Of a stretch of 64,000 nucleotides of DNA, positions 27,653 through 39,058 are shown piece after piece. The DNA comes from Tagaea sp. (GTDB lineage Bacteria; Pseudomonadota; Alphaproteobacteria; CACIAM-22H2), in contig CBDIIB010000004.1 in NCBI GenBank assembly GCA_965279525.1, positions 640,001-704,000 on the forward strand, in the 5' to 3' direction. The notes below the pieces were generated by a model. It was not told the origin of the DNA, made no database searches, and saw nothing but the letters and a program-made list of their open reading frames with translations. The position numbers and the translations under genes were made by a program. Position 1 is the first letter of the stretch, and each line of letters opens with the position of its first letter.

Positions 27653-28177
27653 TTAGCGCTTCGAGAACTGGTGGCTGCGGCGCGCCTTGTGGCGACCGTA
27701 CTTCTTTCGCTCGACCACGCGGCTGTCGCGGGTGAGGAAGCCGGCATGCTTGAGGGCCGGACGCAGCTCGGGCTCGTAGTAGGTCATCGCCTTCGACAGG
27801 CCGTGACGCACCGCACCGGCCTGGCCCGAAAGCCCGCCGCCGGTGACCGTGCACCACAAGTCGAACTGGCCGACGCGCGCGGCGACCGTGAACGGTTGGT
27901 TGATCATCATGCGCAGCGCCGGACGCGCGAAGTACGCGTTCAGCTCCTTGCCGTTGACGATCATCTTGCCGGAACCGGCCTTCAGCCACACGCGGGCGAC
28001 GGCGTTCTTGCGCTTGCCGGTCGCGTAGGAGCGGCCGAACTTGTCGCGCTCCGGAGCGGCCTGGGTCGTGGTCGGCTGCGCCGCGGCGACGGCGGACGCC
28101 ATCGACAGGTCGGCGAGCGTGCGGCTGGCGGGCTTCGCCTTGGGCTTTTCCGCGCGATCGGTACGGGGTTCGGCCAT
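27653..28177 (-). CDS. rpsI: 30S ribosomal protein S9
   Basis: [32 protein letters not shown]...QFSKR. Confidence 0.98.
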   Translation of the reverse strand: MAEPRTDRAEKPKAKPASRTLADLSMASAVAAAQPTTTQAAPERDKFGRSYATGKRKNAVARVWLKAGSGKMIVNGKELNAYFARPALRMMINQPFTVAARVGQFDLWCTVTGGGLSGQAGAVRHGLSKAMTYYEPELRPALKHAGFLTRDSRVVERKKYGRHKARRSHQFSKR

Positions 28178-28179
28178 GC

Positions 28180-28653
28180 TCAGGCGCTCCTCTTGTTCTT
28201 CGGATTCATCGCCGCGAAGTCGACCTTGGTCGGGTTCTGGGCATCGTGCGGATGGCTGGTGCCGGCATAGATCTTGAGGTGCGTCATCTGGCGACGGGCC
28301 AGCGGGCTGTCCTTCTTCATCATGCGCTCGACCGCGCGCTCGAGAAGGCGCTCGGGGTGCTTTGAAGCCAGCGTCTGCTTGGGCGAGATCTGCTTGACGC
28401 CACCGGGATGGCCGGTGTGCCAGTAGTGGACCTCGTTCTCCAGCTTGCGGCCGGTCATGCGCACCTTCTCGGCATTGATGATGACGACGAAGTCGCCGGC
28501 ATCGAGGTGCGGCGAGAACGAAGGCTTGTGCTTGCCCTTGAGGCGCATCGCGACGAACGAGGCAAGACGGCCCAGCACGACGCCTTCGGCGTCGATCAGG
28601 ATCCACTTCTTGCTTTTGTGCGCCTCGGCGACCGTGAGATTCGGGGTCGACAT
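28180..28653 (-). CDS. rplM: 50S ribosomal protein L13
   Basis: [43 protein letters not shown]. Confidence 0.98.
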   Translation of the reverse strand: MSTPNLTVAEAHKSKKWILIDAEGVVLGRLASFVAMRLKGKHKPSFSPHLDAGDFVVIINAEKVRMTGRKLENEVHYWHTGHPGGVKQISPKQTLASKHPERLLERAVERMMKKDSPLARRQMTHLKIYAGTSHPHDAQNPTKVDFAAMNPKNKRSA

Positions 28654-28722
28654 GGTTGGCTCGCTTCTTTGAAGGTTCGAATGTCTTTTCCCGCCCGCCA
28701 GAGGGGCGACCGGGAGCGCGCG

Positions 28723-28751
28723 AATATCGGTTTCTATGGCGAGCAAGTCAA
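28723..28751 (-). promoter_or_regulatory. Sigma70-type promoter of rplM
   Basis: TTGACT-N17-GATATT on the minus strand, with an AT-rich upstream tract. Confidence 0.6.
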
Positions 28752-28836
28752 CGTCTAATCAGTGCATTGAATCAATGTGTTTATAGTTGTGGTAATATTT
28801 TACCGTTAAATAAATCCCTGCTTCACTTCTGAATTC

Positions 28837-29256
28837 TCACCCGCGTGGCGGAATCGAGTAGGTACCGGTCACGTGCGCGACCGGCTCCTTGTCGCCGACC
28901 GAGTGGAGGCTGACCTCCATCACGGCAAGCCGCTTGCCCAGTTTCAGCATCGTGCCATGGGCCAGCATGTCGCGTTGTGCGGGCTTGCGCAGGAAATTGA
29001 TGTTGAGGCTTGTCGTCACCGCGAGTTCGACCCGACCGATCAGGCTCATCACGCACACATACATCGTGAAGTCGGCAAGCCCCATCATCAGCGGCCCGGC
29101 GATGGTGCCACCCGGCCGGATGAAATCGCGCCGGAACGGCATGCGCACCGTCACGTCGCCTGCCTTGAGCTTGACGATCTTCGGGTCCAGCGATGCGGCA
29201 AACGGCAGCGCCTCGGCGACGATCTCGGCGATTTCGGCTTTGGTGATGCGGCTCAT
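28837..29256 (-). CDS. PaaI-family thioesterase
   Basis: RPGGTIAGPLMMGLAD, AVTTSLNINFLRKP, HVTGTYSIP. Confidence 0.9.
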   Translation of the reverse strand: MSRITKAEIAEIVAEALPFAASLDPKIVKLKAGDVTVRMPFRRDFIRPGGTIAGPLMMGLADFTMYVCVMSLIGRVELAVTTSLNINFLRKPAQRDMLAHGTMLKLGKRLAVMEVSLHSVGDKEPVAHVTGTYSIPPRG

Positions 29257-29347
29257 GTTTCGCCCGTTCTTGATTGAAGGCCCGAACGGTCGCAAAGTGC
29301 CCGACAAGCGCCCCCGCGTGCAACCCCGCCCACCGAGGTCCGTGACG

Positions 29348-30142
29348 ATGCCGGATTCCGCCCCTGCCACAGACCTGCTGCTGCGCACTGACAAGGACGG
29401 CGTGGCGACGCTGACGCTGAACCGTCCGCAGGCGCGCAACGCGCTTTCCGTCGGGCTGATGACGGCGCTGGAAGGGGCGATCGCGGCCCTGCGCGACGAC
29501 AAGTCGGTCAAGGCGGTCGTGATTGCCGGTGCGGGGCCGGCCTTCTGCGCCGGCCACGATCTGAAGGAAGTCCGCGCCAGTCCGGGCCGCGCCGCCTACG
29601 TCGCGTTGTTCGAGCAATGCTCGCGCATGATGAAAGCCATCGTCCGCCTGCCCAAGCCCGTGATTGCGCGCGTGCATGGTGTGGCGAGCGCTGCCGGATG
29701 CCAACTCGTCGCGACATGCGACCTCGCAGTCGCCGCCGACAATGCGCGCTTCGCCACGCCGGGCGTGAATATCGGCCTTTTCTGCTCGACGCCGATGGTC
29801 GCGCTGACGCGCGCGATCGGCCGCAAGGCGGCCATGGAAATGCTGCTGACCGGCGACATGGTCGATGCGCCCGCCGCCAAGGCGCTCGGCCTCGTCAATC
29901 GTGTCGTGCCGGAAGCCACGCTCGCCGACGCTGCGCAGGCGCTGGCCGTCCAGATCGCGTCGAAATCGCCACTGACGCTGGCCATCGGCAAGGAAGCGTT
30001 CTACGCGCAGGCCGAAATGGGGCTCGATGACGCCTACGCCTATGCGAGCGAGGCGATGACGCGCAACATGCTCGCACGCGATGCCGAGGAAGGCATCGAC
30101 GCCTTCATCGAGAAACGCAAGCCGACCTGGCAGGGGTGCTGA
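29348..30142 (+). CDS. Enoyl-CoA hydratase/isomerase family protein
   Basis: LNRPQARNALS, FCAGHDLKE, AAGCQLVATCDLA, TPGVNIGLFCSTP. Confidence 0.93.
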   Translation: MPDSAPATDLLLRTDKDGVATLTLNRPQARNALSVGLMTALEGAIAALRDDKSVKAVVIAGAGPAFCAGHDLKEVRASPGRAAYVALFEQCSRMMKAIVRLPKPVIARVHGVASAAGCQLVATCDLAVAADNARFATPGVNIGLFCSTPMVALTRAIGRKAAMEMLLTGDMVDAPAAKALGLVNRVVPEATLADAAQALAVQIASKSPLTLAIGKEAFYAQAEMGLDDAYAYASEAMTRNMLARDAEEGIDAFIEKRKPTWQGC

Positions 30143-30143
30143 A

Positions 30144-30635
30144 TTGGAACAGCTGCACTACGACGACGCGTTCATCCGCGACATCCTGCGCCGTACCAAG
30201 GTGATCGCGATGGTCGGTGCCAGCACCAACTGGACACGGCCCAGCTTCTTCGCGATGAAATACCTGCAGGCGAAAGGCTATCGCGTGATCCCGGTCAACC
30301 CGGCATCCGCTGGCCAGGATCTGCTCGGCGAAAAGGTGCGCGCCTCTCTCAAGGAGATCGACGTGCCGATCGACATGGTCGACGTGTTCCGCGCGTCCGA
30401 GCATGTCGGCCCCGTCGCCGACGAGGCGATCGCGGTCAAGGCCAAGACGCTGTGGATGCAGCTTGGCGTGCGCAACGACGAAGCGGCCGCGAAAGCGAAA
30501 GCCGCCGGCCTCGATGTCGTGATGGACCGCTGCCCGAAGATCGAGTTCGGCCGCCTCAACGGCGAACTCTCCTGGGGCGGGATCAACTCGGGCATCATCT
30601 CGGCACGGCGCCCGAAGGTCGTGCGCAAGGTCTAG
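30144..30635 (+). CDS. CoA-binding protein (YccU-like)
   Basis: [34 protein letters not shown]; probable TTG start. Confidence 0.88.
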   Translation: MEQLHYDDAFIRDILRRTKVIAMVGASTNWTRPSFFAMKYLQAKGYRVIPVNPASAGQDLLGEKVRASLKEIDVPIDMVDVFRASEHVGPVADEAIAVKAKTLWMQLGVRNDEAAAKAKAAGLDVVMDRCPKIEFGRLNGELSWGGINSGIISARRPKVVRKV

Positions 30636-33301
30636 GCGGCTGCCTTCGCGGCAAGCGCCGCCTTGATTGCGGCAAGTGCGGCATCCGCCTTTGCCGCATC
30701 CGGACCACCGCCCTGCGCCATGTCGGGGCGGCCGCCGCCGCCCTTGCCGCCGAGTTCGGCGACACCGAGCTTCACGAGATCGACCGCACTGACCTTGCCG
30801 GCCAGATCCTCGGTGACCGCGACGACGATCGATGCCTTGCCGTCTTCCGTCGCGATGAGCGCGATCACGCCCGAGCCGATCTGCTTCTTGATCTCGTCGG
30901 CGGTCGCCTTCAGCTCGCGCGCCGGCGTGTTGTCGAGCTTGCGCCCGGCGAACTTGAACGCCCCCGCCTGCTCGGCCCCGCCGCCTGCCGCAGCCCCGCC
31001 ACCGCCGACCGCAAGGGCGCGGCGCGCGTCGGAAAGTTCCCGCTCGAGCTTGCGGCGCTCTTCCATCAGCGCGCCGATGCGCGCGGGCACGTCGCCGGGC
31101 ACGGTCTTGGCGATGCTCGCCGCCTCGAACAGCAGGCGCGCCTGTTCGGCCAGATAGGCGCGCGCCCCCTCGCCCGTCATCGCCTCGATCCGGCGCACGC
31201 CGGCAGCGACCGCCCCTTCCGAGACGATCTTGAACAGGCCGATATCGCCCGTGCGCCGCACATGCGTGCCGCCGCAAAGCTCGGTCGAGAACGGCTTGGC
31301 GTCGGTGTTGCCGCGCGGATAGCCCATCGCGACGACGCGCACTTCCTCGCCGTATTTCTCGCCGAAAAGGGCGAGTGCCCCCGCCTCGACGGCGGCATCC
31401 GGCGTCATCAGGCGCGTCGACACGTCCTGGTTTTCGAGCACGCGCCGGTTCACGTCAGCCTCGACGGCCGCGATGTCGTCGGCCGACAGCGGCGTGGGCT
31501 GGGAGATATCGAAGCGCAGGCGGTCGGGTGCGACGAGCGAACCCTTCTGCGTGACGTGGTCGCCCAAGCGACGGCGCAGCGCTTCGTGCAGCAGGTGGGT
31601 CGCCGAATGGTTGGCACGCGTGCGGTCGCGACGGTCGACATCGATGCGCATCTCGACGAAGTCGCCGACCTTGATGGCGCCCTTCGTCACACGCCCCATG
31701 TGGACGTGCATGTCGCCGGCCATCTTCTGCGTGTCGTCGATCGCGATTTCGGCACCGCCGGCCGTGAACATGGCGCCGGCATCGCCGGTCTGGCCGCCGG
31801 ATTCGCCGTAGAACGGCGTCTGGTTGACGATCAGCGCCACCTTGTCGCCGACTTTGGCATTCGGCACTTCCTTGCCGTCGATGACGAGGGCCGCGACCTT
31901 GCCTTCGGCACTCTCCGTCTCGTAGCCGAGGAACTCGCTCGCCCCGACCTTCTCGCGCAGTTCGAACCAGACGCGGTCCCCCGCCTTCTCGCCCGAACCC
32001 GCCCACGAGCGGCGCGCTTCGGCCTTCGCCTTGTCCATCGCAGCCGAGAAGCCGTCGGTATCCACGCCCACGCCGCGCGCGCGCAGCACGTCCTGCGTGA
32101 GGTCGAGCGGAAAGCCGTAGGTGTCGTAGAGCTTGAACGCGACGTCGCCGGCGAGCTTGTCGCCCTTGCCGAGGCTGCCCGAGGAATCGTCGAGCAGCTT
32201 GAGGCCGCGGTCGAGCATGGCCTTGAAGCGCGTCTCCTCGAGCTTCAGCGTCTCGGTCGCCAGTGCCGACGCGCGCACGAGCTCGGGATAGGCCTGGCCC
32301 ATCGCGTCGACGAGCGTGGCCACCAGCTTGAACAGCAGCGGTTCCTTGCAGCCGATGATGTGCGCGTGGCGCATCGCGCGGCGCATGATCCGGCGCAGCA
32401 CGTAGCCGCGCCCCTCGTTCGACGGCAGCACGCCGTCGGCGATCAGGAAGCAGGCCGAACGCAGATGGTCGGCGATGACGCGGTGCGAGACCGCGTGCGG
32501 CCCGTCGGCCGCGACGTTCGAGGCATCGGCCGAGGCGAGGATGATCCGGCGCATCAGGTCGATGTCGTAGTTGTCGTGCTTGCCCTGCAGCACGGCCGTG
32601 ATGCGCTCGAGCCCCATGCCCGTGTCGATCGACGGCTTGGGGAGCGACACGCGCTCGCTGGGCGAAACCTGCTCGAACTGCATGAAGACGAGATTCCAGA
32701 TCTCGATGAAGCGGTCGCCGTCGGCGTCGGGCGAGCCCGGCGGGCCGCCGGCGATCTTCGGGCCGTGGTCGTAGAAGATCTCCGAGCACGGGCCGCACGG
32801 GCCGGTGTCGCCCATCGCCCAGAAATTGTCGGACGTGGCGATGCGGATGATCTTGTCCTCGGACAGGCCCGCGATCTTCTTCCACAGGGCGGCCGCCGCG
32901 TCGTCGTCGTGATAGACGGTGACGCACAGCTTGTCCTTGGCGAGGCCGTATTCCTTGGTGATCAGCGTCCAGGCATGTTCGATCGCCTGTTCCTTGAAAT
33001 AGTCGCCGAACGAGAAATTGCCGAGCATCTCGAAGAAGGTGTGGTGGCGCGCGGTGTAGCCCACGTTCTCGAGGTCGTTGTGCTTGCCCCCGGCGCGCAC
33101 GCATTTCTGCGACGTCGCCGCGCGCACGTAGGGGCGCTTCTCCTGGCCGGTGAAGACGTTCTTGAACTGCACCATGCCCGCGTTGGTGAACATCAGCGTC
33201 GGGTCGTTGCGCGGCACGAGCGGCGAGGAAGCCACGACCTGGTGGCCGTTCTTCGCGAAATAATCGAGGAAGGTCTTGCGGACGTCGCTCGCACTCGTCA
33301 T
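30632..33301 (-). CDS. alaS: Alanine--tRNA ligase
   Basis: [59 protein letters not shown]. Confidence 0.99.
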   Translation of the reverse strand: MTSASDVRKTFLDYFAKNGHQVVASSPLVPRNDPTLMFTNAGMVQFKNVFTGQEKRPYVRAATSQKCVRAGGKHNDLENVGYTARHHTFFEMLGNFSFGDYFKEQAIEHAWTLITKEYGLAKDKLCVTVYHDDDAAAALWKKIAGLSEDKIIRIATSDNFWAMGDTGPCGPCSEIFYDHGPKIAGGPPGSPDADGDRFIEIWNLVFMQFEQVSPSERVSLPKPSIDTGMGLERITAVLQGKHDNYDIDLMRRIILASADASNVAADGPHAVSHRVIADHLRSACFLIADGVLPSNEGRGYVLRRIMRRAMRHAHIIGCKEPLLFKLVATLVDAMGQAYPELVRASALATETLKLEETRFKAMLDRGLKLLDDSSGSLGKGDKLAGDVAFKLYDTYGFPLDLTQDVLRARGVGVDTDGFSAAMDKAKAEARRSWAGSGEKAGDRVWFELREKVGASEFLGYETESAEGKVAALVIDGKEVPNAKVGDKVALIVNQTPFYGESGGQTGDAGAMFTAGGAEIAIDDTQKMAGDMHVHMGRVTKGAIKVGDFVEMRIDVDRRDRTRANHSATHLLHEALRRRLGDHVTQKGSLVAPDRLRFDISQPTPLSADDIAAVEADVNRRVLENQDVSTRLMTPDAAVEAGALALFGEKYGEEVRVVAMGYPRGNTDAKPFSTELCGGTHVRRTGDIGLFKIVSEGAVAAGVRRIEAMTGEGARAYLAEQARLLFEAASIAKTVPGDVPARIGALMEERRKLERELSDARRALAVGGGGAAAGGGAEQAGAFKFAGRKLDNTPARELKATADEIKKQIGSGVIALIATEDGKASIVVAVTEDLAGKVSAVDLVKLGVAELGGKGGGGRPDMAQGGGPDAAKADAALAAIKAALAAKAAA

Positions 33302-33373
33302 GGCAGGCTCGCTCTCTAGGCTCGGTAATGCCGGAACAGGCGGCCAGGGGCCGCCGGGCCGAAAAGGGGCCTA

Positions 33374-33402
33374 GATGTAGCTTCGACGGGCGGGAGTGTC
33401 CA
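33374..33402 (-). promoter_or_regulatory. Sigma70-type promoter of alaS
   Basis: TGGACA-N17-TACATC on the minus strand. Confidence 0.55.
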
Positions 33403-33418
33403 GTTGGGGCGGCCGCAC

Positions 33419-33471
33419 ATAAAAACGGGCCGGCGGTCGCAGCACTTCGGGCTTACGCGACGGCCGACCCG
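33419..33471 (-). terminator. Terminator downstream of recA
   Basis: 15-bp imperfect stem (33426-33440 / 33457-33471) followed by a T run on the minus strand. Confidence 0.7.
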
Positions 33472-33584
33472 CTATTGACCCGGGATCGATAGGAGATCCG
33501 GGGCCCGATACCGGAATTTCGGAAACAGGAGCCTGGACCGGACGGGTTCGGGGCCACTCTCCCCTCGCCCGTCCGGGCTGGAAT

Positions 33585-34667
<1,083 letters not shown>

Positions 34668-34771
34668 GTTCCGCTCTCCTTATCAGGGGCGCCCCACGCG
34701 GCCAACGCCTGTGGAAATCGCCGTTTGACCATTGGCTGAATAACGTCCCGGAAAAATCCCCGATATCCCAA

Positions 34772-34786
34772 GTACCTCATTTGTTC
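34772..34786 (-). promoter_or_regulatory. LexA (SOS) box, alphaproteobacterial type
   Basis: gtac-ctcattt-gttc, i.e. GAAC-N7-GTAC on the recA strand. Confidence 0.8.
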
Positions 34787-34837
34787 CCTTCAATATCTCG
34801 GCGCGGAACCCATTGGTGCCGCGTCGATATCCGGACA

Positions 34838-34852
34838 GTACCAGTTTTGTTC
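34838..34852 (-). promoter_or_regulatory. Second LexA (SOS) box
   Basis: gtac-cagtttt-gttc, i.e. GAAC-N7-GTAC on the recA strand. Confidence 0.75.
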
Positions 34853-34910
34853 TCATATGCAAGTGGAAAAATCGGGCTGCCGAAATCCAGCGATTTCCGG
34901 CCGCCCCCGC

Positions 34911-37900
34911 TCAGCCCCGGGCGGCGGCGGCAGGCGGTGCGAGCCGCTGCCGGTAGCCCGACAGGAACGACTCGAAAGGCGCCAGGGACGACACGCGCGC
35001 CGCGATCGACGCGATGTCGGGCGTCGCTCCGGCCTTGTCGGCCGTCAGCACGCGGAAGACCTCGGCATAAGGCGACTTGCCCATCGCCGGACCGAAGCGT
35101 TCGCGCAGGCGCGCGGTTCCGGCTTCGTCGCTGGCCAGCGCCAGTGCCACGGCCAGATGGAGCGTCTGGCGCGCGCGGTTGTCTTCTATTTGCGCGGTGC
35201 CCGTCGGCGGGTTTCCGACCAGCCGCTCGAGTGCCTGTGCCGCCGGTGCCCAGGCGCGCGTGCGCAGCGCTATTTCGGCGCGCAGCAGGTCGGCATCCGG
35301 TGCCGGATCGCCTTCGAGACGGGCGAGTGCCTCGGGTGCGCGCCCGAGATCGGCCAAGGCGCGCGCGGCCAGTCGCGCGCGTTCGCGGCGCAGCTCGTCC
35401 GACATGCCCGGCACGTCGGACGCGTCGAGCACTTCGAGAGCCGCCTGCGCCTTGCGGTCGAGCAGCCGGATCGCGGCGAGCCGTGTGCCCACCTCGGCGC
35501 GGGGCTGGCCCTGCAGGCGGTTGCGCATCTGGTGGTCGAGCAGGCCGGCCGCCCGGTCGAGCAGGTCGACCGCGACCATCCGCTCGACGAGCTTGCGCAC
35601 CATCTCGTCGCCTTCGGGGCCGTTGGGCACGAGTTCGCGATAATCCTCGAACAGGCCGATCGCCGCGACCGGCGAAAGCCGGTCGGCCGTGCCTTCGAGG
35701 AAGAGCTTGCGGAATTCGCGCCGCACGTCGCCTTCAAGCTCGCCGCGATCGCGCGCCTGCGGGAAGCGCGTGGCCGCTTCGCGCAGGGTCTGCACGCCGA
35801 CGCGGAAATCGCCGGCGGCAAGCTGCGCGCGACCGAGCCGGCGCTGGATGTCGAATTCGAGTTCGTCGCCGCGCCAGGCGAAACGCAGCCGCTCGAGGGC
35901 CGCCACGGTTTCCTGCGGCGAAAGATCGCCCTTGTTCGACTGGAGCTCGATGCGCGCGAGTTCGGCCTGGATGCGCGCCTTGGTGACGGTCCCGAGATCG
36001 AGCGTGCGCCACGCGGCAAGGGCCGCCCGCTCGTCGCCACGCTCGAGCGCGATGCGTCCGCGCAGATAGTCGGCCCGCGCGCGGTCGCCGCGGCTGGGGT
36101 TGTTCGCGATCACCTGGTCCACGCGGCGCTGCGCCGGCTCAAGCTCCTTGCCCGCCAGCCGCGCCTCGGCGATCGCGAGGCCAAGCCGGTTGGCGAAGAC
36201 GGGCGGGAAGCGGTCGGAATTGTCCGTTGCCCGATCGAACTGCAACAGGGCGGCTTGGGAATCGTTCTGCGACATGGCAAGCGCGCCACGCCACAAAGCG
36301 GCTTCGCCTTCCTGATCGAGGCTCGAATGGTTGAGCCAGCGCGCCGCCTCTTCCAGATTGCCGCTGTAGAGTTCGGCCACGCCGCGCATCGCGCGGTTCT
36401 GCGGTCCGTCGAGCAGCTGCGGCCGTTCGTCGCCGATCAGGCGCATGATCGCGTTGGTTTCGGGAAACAGCCCGTGCGCGAAAAGGAAACGCGCCAGTTC
36501 GAGGCGTGCGGCATTGCGCGCGTCGCCCGGCCGCGCGACCGTGATCGCGCGCTCCATTGCCGGAAGGTCCTCGTTGAATTTCGCGGCACCGCCGCGCTGC
36601 CAGGCGGCAAGGTCGAGAAGCGCCCCCTGGCGCAGCGGCGGGGCGCCCGGCGTGCCGATCGCGGTGGGTGCCGTCACGAACAGGGCGCGCGACGATGAAA
36701 TCTCGACGCCGGTGCCGAGCGGGCGGACGGCGACGCTGTCGTCGTCGGGCCGGACGACGGCCCCCTGCACGCTCGCCAGGATCTGGAACTGGGCGTAGCG
36801 CCGCGTATCGGAAAGGCCGATGCCCGCGACGGCCGTCGGCACGACGGCAAGTTCGTCGCCGATCTCGGGATCGCGCAGCCGCAGCACGGTCTGGGCACCC
36901 GGCAGCTCGATCGACACGCGCGCGTCGGCCGGCGTGTCGGGATTGCGGATCACGATGTCGAGCGGCTTCTCGGGCTTGCGCGGCAGGCGGCCGAGTTCGA
37001 CGATCCACGCCGTCCCGTCGCGGCGCACGACGCTGTTGGCGCCGCCGCGCGGGGTCATGCGCAGCACCGTGCCCTGGCTTTCGACGATCTCGACCTCGCC
37101 GAGCAGGTCGCGGATCTGGGCGCCGTCGCGCATCGGCGCAAGGTCGATGTCCACCGGCCGTTCGAACGCGATCCAGAGATTCTGGCCGCGGCCGAAGACG
37201 GCCGCGCCGATCGGCTCGACAAAGCCGAAGCGCAGCGACTGGAAATTCTCTTCGCGAACGATTTCGACCGGCACGCGCCCGCCCAGCGCCGCGACATTCG
37301 CAGGCCCCCGAACGCCGGCCGGCCCTGCCGGCTGGCCAAGCCCGAGCGCCTGCGCCTGCTGCGTGAGAGCCTGGAAGTCAGGCGTTGGCGGACGACCGCC
37401 GGGGCCCGGAGCGGCCGATGCCGCAGGCGGGCCACCCGCACCAGCCGGACCTGCTGCGGCCGGACGCGCCGCACCACCCGCCTGCTGGGCTTGCTGGGCC
37501 TGTTCCTGGCGTGCCTGCGCCTGTGCGGGCGTGGGCAACTGGACCTGCTGCGTCGTCGGCTGGCCCGTCGCGATCGAGCCGTCGCGCACGAAATCGAACA
37601 CCAGGCGCGGACCGGCACGGAAATGACGCAGGCCGATATTCTCGTTGAGCGTGAAGTCGAGCGTCGCCCGGTCGCCGTTGCGGACCGCGCGCACGTTGGC
37701 CGCCGAGTTGCGCAGGCCCGTCGCGATCTGCGCCTGGTTGAGGCCCACGGGCGAACCGAACGTCACGCTGACGTCGCGCCCCTTCTGTTCGACGCGGTAG
37801 TCGAGATCCTCGGGCCAGTCGAAGACGGCCCGGTCGAAACCCTGGTTGTTGCCGAAACGCACGGCAACGCTCGGCCCGGCGGGTGCTGCCGGCGTCGCGG

Positions 37901-38255
37901 CAGGACCGGATGCGGCCGGCGGTGGTGCAACCTGTGCGGCCGGTGCCGCGGCGGCAGCCGGCGGCGGCGGGGGTGTCGTCGGTGCGGATGCCCAGGGTGC
38001 TGAACCGGCGGCCGGCTGCGGTGCTGCCTGCGACGGGCGGAATGGCGGCGGTGTCTCGGCGGGCGTTGCGGCCGGAGCGGCGGCCTCAGGAGAAGCTGCC
38101 GGGGGTGCCGCAGGCGTTGCCGGAAATGCCGACCAAGGCACGCCTTGCGCGCCGGCCGGGATATCGTGCGATGCGAACGCAAGCAGCAGCGCGGCTGTCC
38201 AGATTACCAGCCGCGTCGTGTCACCAAGTCCAGCCCTGTGCGTTCGCGCCGACAT
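34911..38255 (-). CDS. Large exported TPR-like protein associated with the flagellar motor gene cluster
   Basis: Signal peptide, Pro/Ala-rich region, AMIN-like VRFG...FDRAVFDWP, beta-rich middle, long helical-repeat C-terminus (ARLELARFLFAHG, LERLRFAWRGD, RMVAVDLLDRAA). Confidence 0.7.
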   Translation of the reverse strand: MSARTHRAGLGDTTRLVIWTAALLLAFASHDIPAGAQGVPWSAFPATPAAPPAASPEAAAPAATPAETPPPFRPSQAAPQPAAGSAPWASAPTTPPPPPAAAAAPAAQVAPPPAASGPAATPAAPAGPSVAVRFGNNQGFDRAVFDWPEDLDYRVEQKGRDVSVTFGSPVGLNQAQIATGLRNSAANVRAVRNGDRATLDFTLNENIGLRHFRAGPRLVFDFVRDGSIATGQPTTQQVQLPTPAQAQARQEQAQQAQQAGGAARPAAAGPAGAGGPPAASAAPGPGGRPPTPDFQALTQQAQALGLGQPAGPAGVRGPANVAALGGRVPVEIVREENFQSLRFGFVEPIGAAVFGRGQNLWIAFERPVDIDLAPMRDGAQIRDLLGEVEIVESQGTVLRMTPRGGANSVVRRDGTAWIVELGRLPRKPEKPLDIVIRNPDTPADARVSIELPGAQTVLRLRDPEIGDELAVVPTAVAGIGLSDTRRYAQFQILASVQGAVVRPDDDSVAVRPLGTGVEISSSRALFVTAPTAIGTPGAPPLRQGALLDLAAWQRGGAAKFNEDLPAMERAITVARPGDARNAARLELARFLFAHGLFPETNAIMRLIGDERPQLLDGPQNRAMRGVAELYSGNLEEAARWLNHSSLDQEGEAALWRGALAMSQNDSQAALLQFDRATDNSDRFPPVFANRLGLAIAEARLAGKELEPAQRRVDQVIANNPSRGDRARADYLRGRIALERGDERAALAAWRTLDLGTVTKARIQAELARIELQSNKGDLSPQETVAALERLRFAWRGDELEFDIQRRLGRAQLAAGDFRVGVQTLREAATRFPQARDRGELEGDVRREFRKLFLEGTADRLSPVAAIGLFEDYRELVPNGPEGDEMVRKLVERMVAVDLLDRAAGLLDHQMRNRLQGQPRAEVGTRLAAIRLLDRKAQAALEVLDASDVPGMSDELRRERARLAARALADLGRAPEALARLEGDPAPDADLLRAEIALRTRAWAPAAQALERLVGNPPTGTAQIEDNRARQTLHLAVALALASDEAGTARLRERFGPAMGKSPYAEVFRVLTADKAGATPDIASIAARVSSLAPFESFLSGYRQRLAPPAAAARG

Positions 38256-38370
38256 CGCCACGCGGATGCATCCCATAGGCTTCGTGCGAAGCCGATCTTT
38301 GGCATTTTACACCAAGAATCGCTCCGCTCGAGCTAAGTGCCCGAATCGACACGGATTCTACGCTCTGGAG

Positions 38371-39033
38371 CTACGCCTTGTCGAACAGCGCGTCGATATC
38401 GGCCTGGTTGGGTGCCGCATCGGGCATCTGGGGGCCGTTCAGCAAGGCCGCTTCGCCCGACTTCGCCGCGGTCACGGACCTGCCGGCGTTCAGCACGACC
38501 GGCGGCAGATTGAGGGATTCAAGCAGGCTCGCGACGGTCTGGTCGACCTCCTTGAGGACGGAGACGACCTTCGATATCCGCTGTCCTGTAATGTCCTGGA
38601 AATTGCACGCTTCGTAGATCGCGGTGACATCCGCAAGGATCGCCGCGCCCGGCTCGCCGCCCGCGGCATTCGCGGATTTCTCGATCCGTTCGACCGCATC
38701 AAGGATCGCGTTCGTGGCGCGCTCGGTGGCACCGACGATCGCCGTCAGTTCGTCGCCTGCGGTCGGCAGGTGTTTGGCACGGATGTCCTGCGCGCCGAGA
38801 GCCGCAAGGTCGCGCTTGGCTTCGGCGATGATGCGCGCCAGATGCTCGACGCCGACCGCGACATTGCCGACGGAAACCGCAGCCTTGACGACCCGGCGCA
38901 CCGGCTTGCGCACGGATTTGCGGACAGTTTTGCGGGCTTTCGCTGGGCGCGCCGGTTTCGCCTTCGCGGCCTTGCGGGGCTTGGGTTTCGGCGTGCTGCG
39001 ACGCCGGCGTTGGGCAGACTTGCGTGCGGCCAC
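38371..39033 (-). CDS. cheZ: CheZ-like chemotaxis phosphatase with basic N-terminal extension
   Basis: ELTAIVGATERATNAIL, IYEACNFQDITGQRISKVV (DxxxQ), C-terminal LLNGPQ...NQADIDALF. Confidence 0.85.
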   Translation of the reverse strand: MAARKSAQRRRRSTPKPKPRKAAKAKPARPAKARKTVRKSVRKPVRRVVKAAVSVGNVAVGVEHLARIIAEAKRDLAALGAQDIRAKHLPTAGDELTAIVGATERATNAILDAVERIEKSANAAGGEPGAAILADVTAIYEACNFQDITGQRISKVVSVLKEVDQTVASLLESLNLPPVVLNAGRSVTAAKSGEAALLNGPQMPDAAPNQADIDALFDKA

Positions 39034-39058
39034 CTTGCCCCCCTTTCGCCCGGAAGGA

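Noticed and set aside
28785-28812. dif/Xer-like site (…taa-tatt-ttaccgttaaat)
   Set aside because: The spacer is not 6 bp and the arms fit XerC/XerD consensus poorly; it is in a ribosomal-protein promoter.
30452-33319. Long antisense ORFs (955 aa opposite alaS; similar ones opposite phaC, hppA, glyA, gcdH and the haloperoxidase)
   Set aside because: Shadow ORFs expected from high-GC codon bias; no motifs or RBS, and they mirror well-conserved genes.
37270-38150. Tandem-repeat or CRISPR-like pattern in the GC-rich stretch
   Set aside because: It is Pro/Ala/Gln low-complexity coding sequence; no constant repeat-spacer periodicity was seen anywhere in the window.
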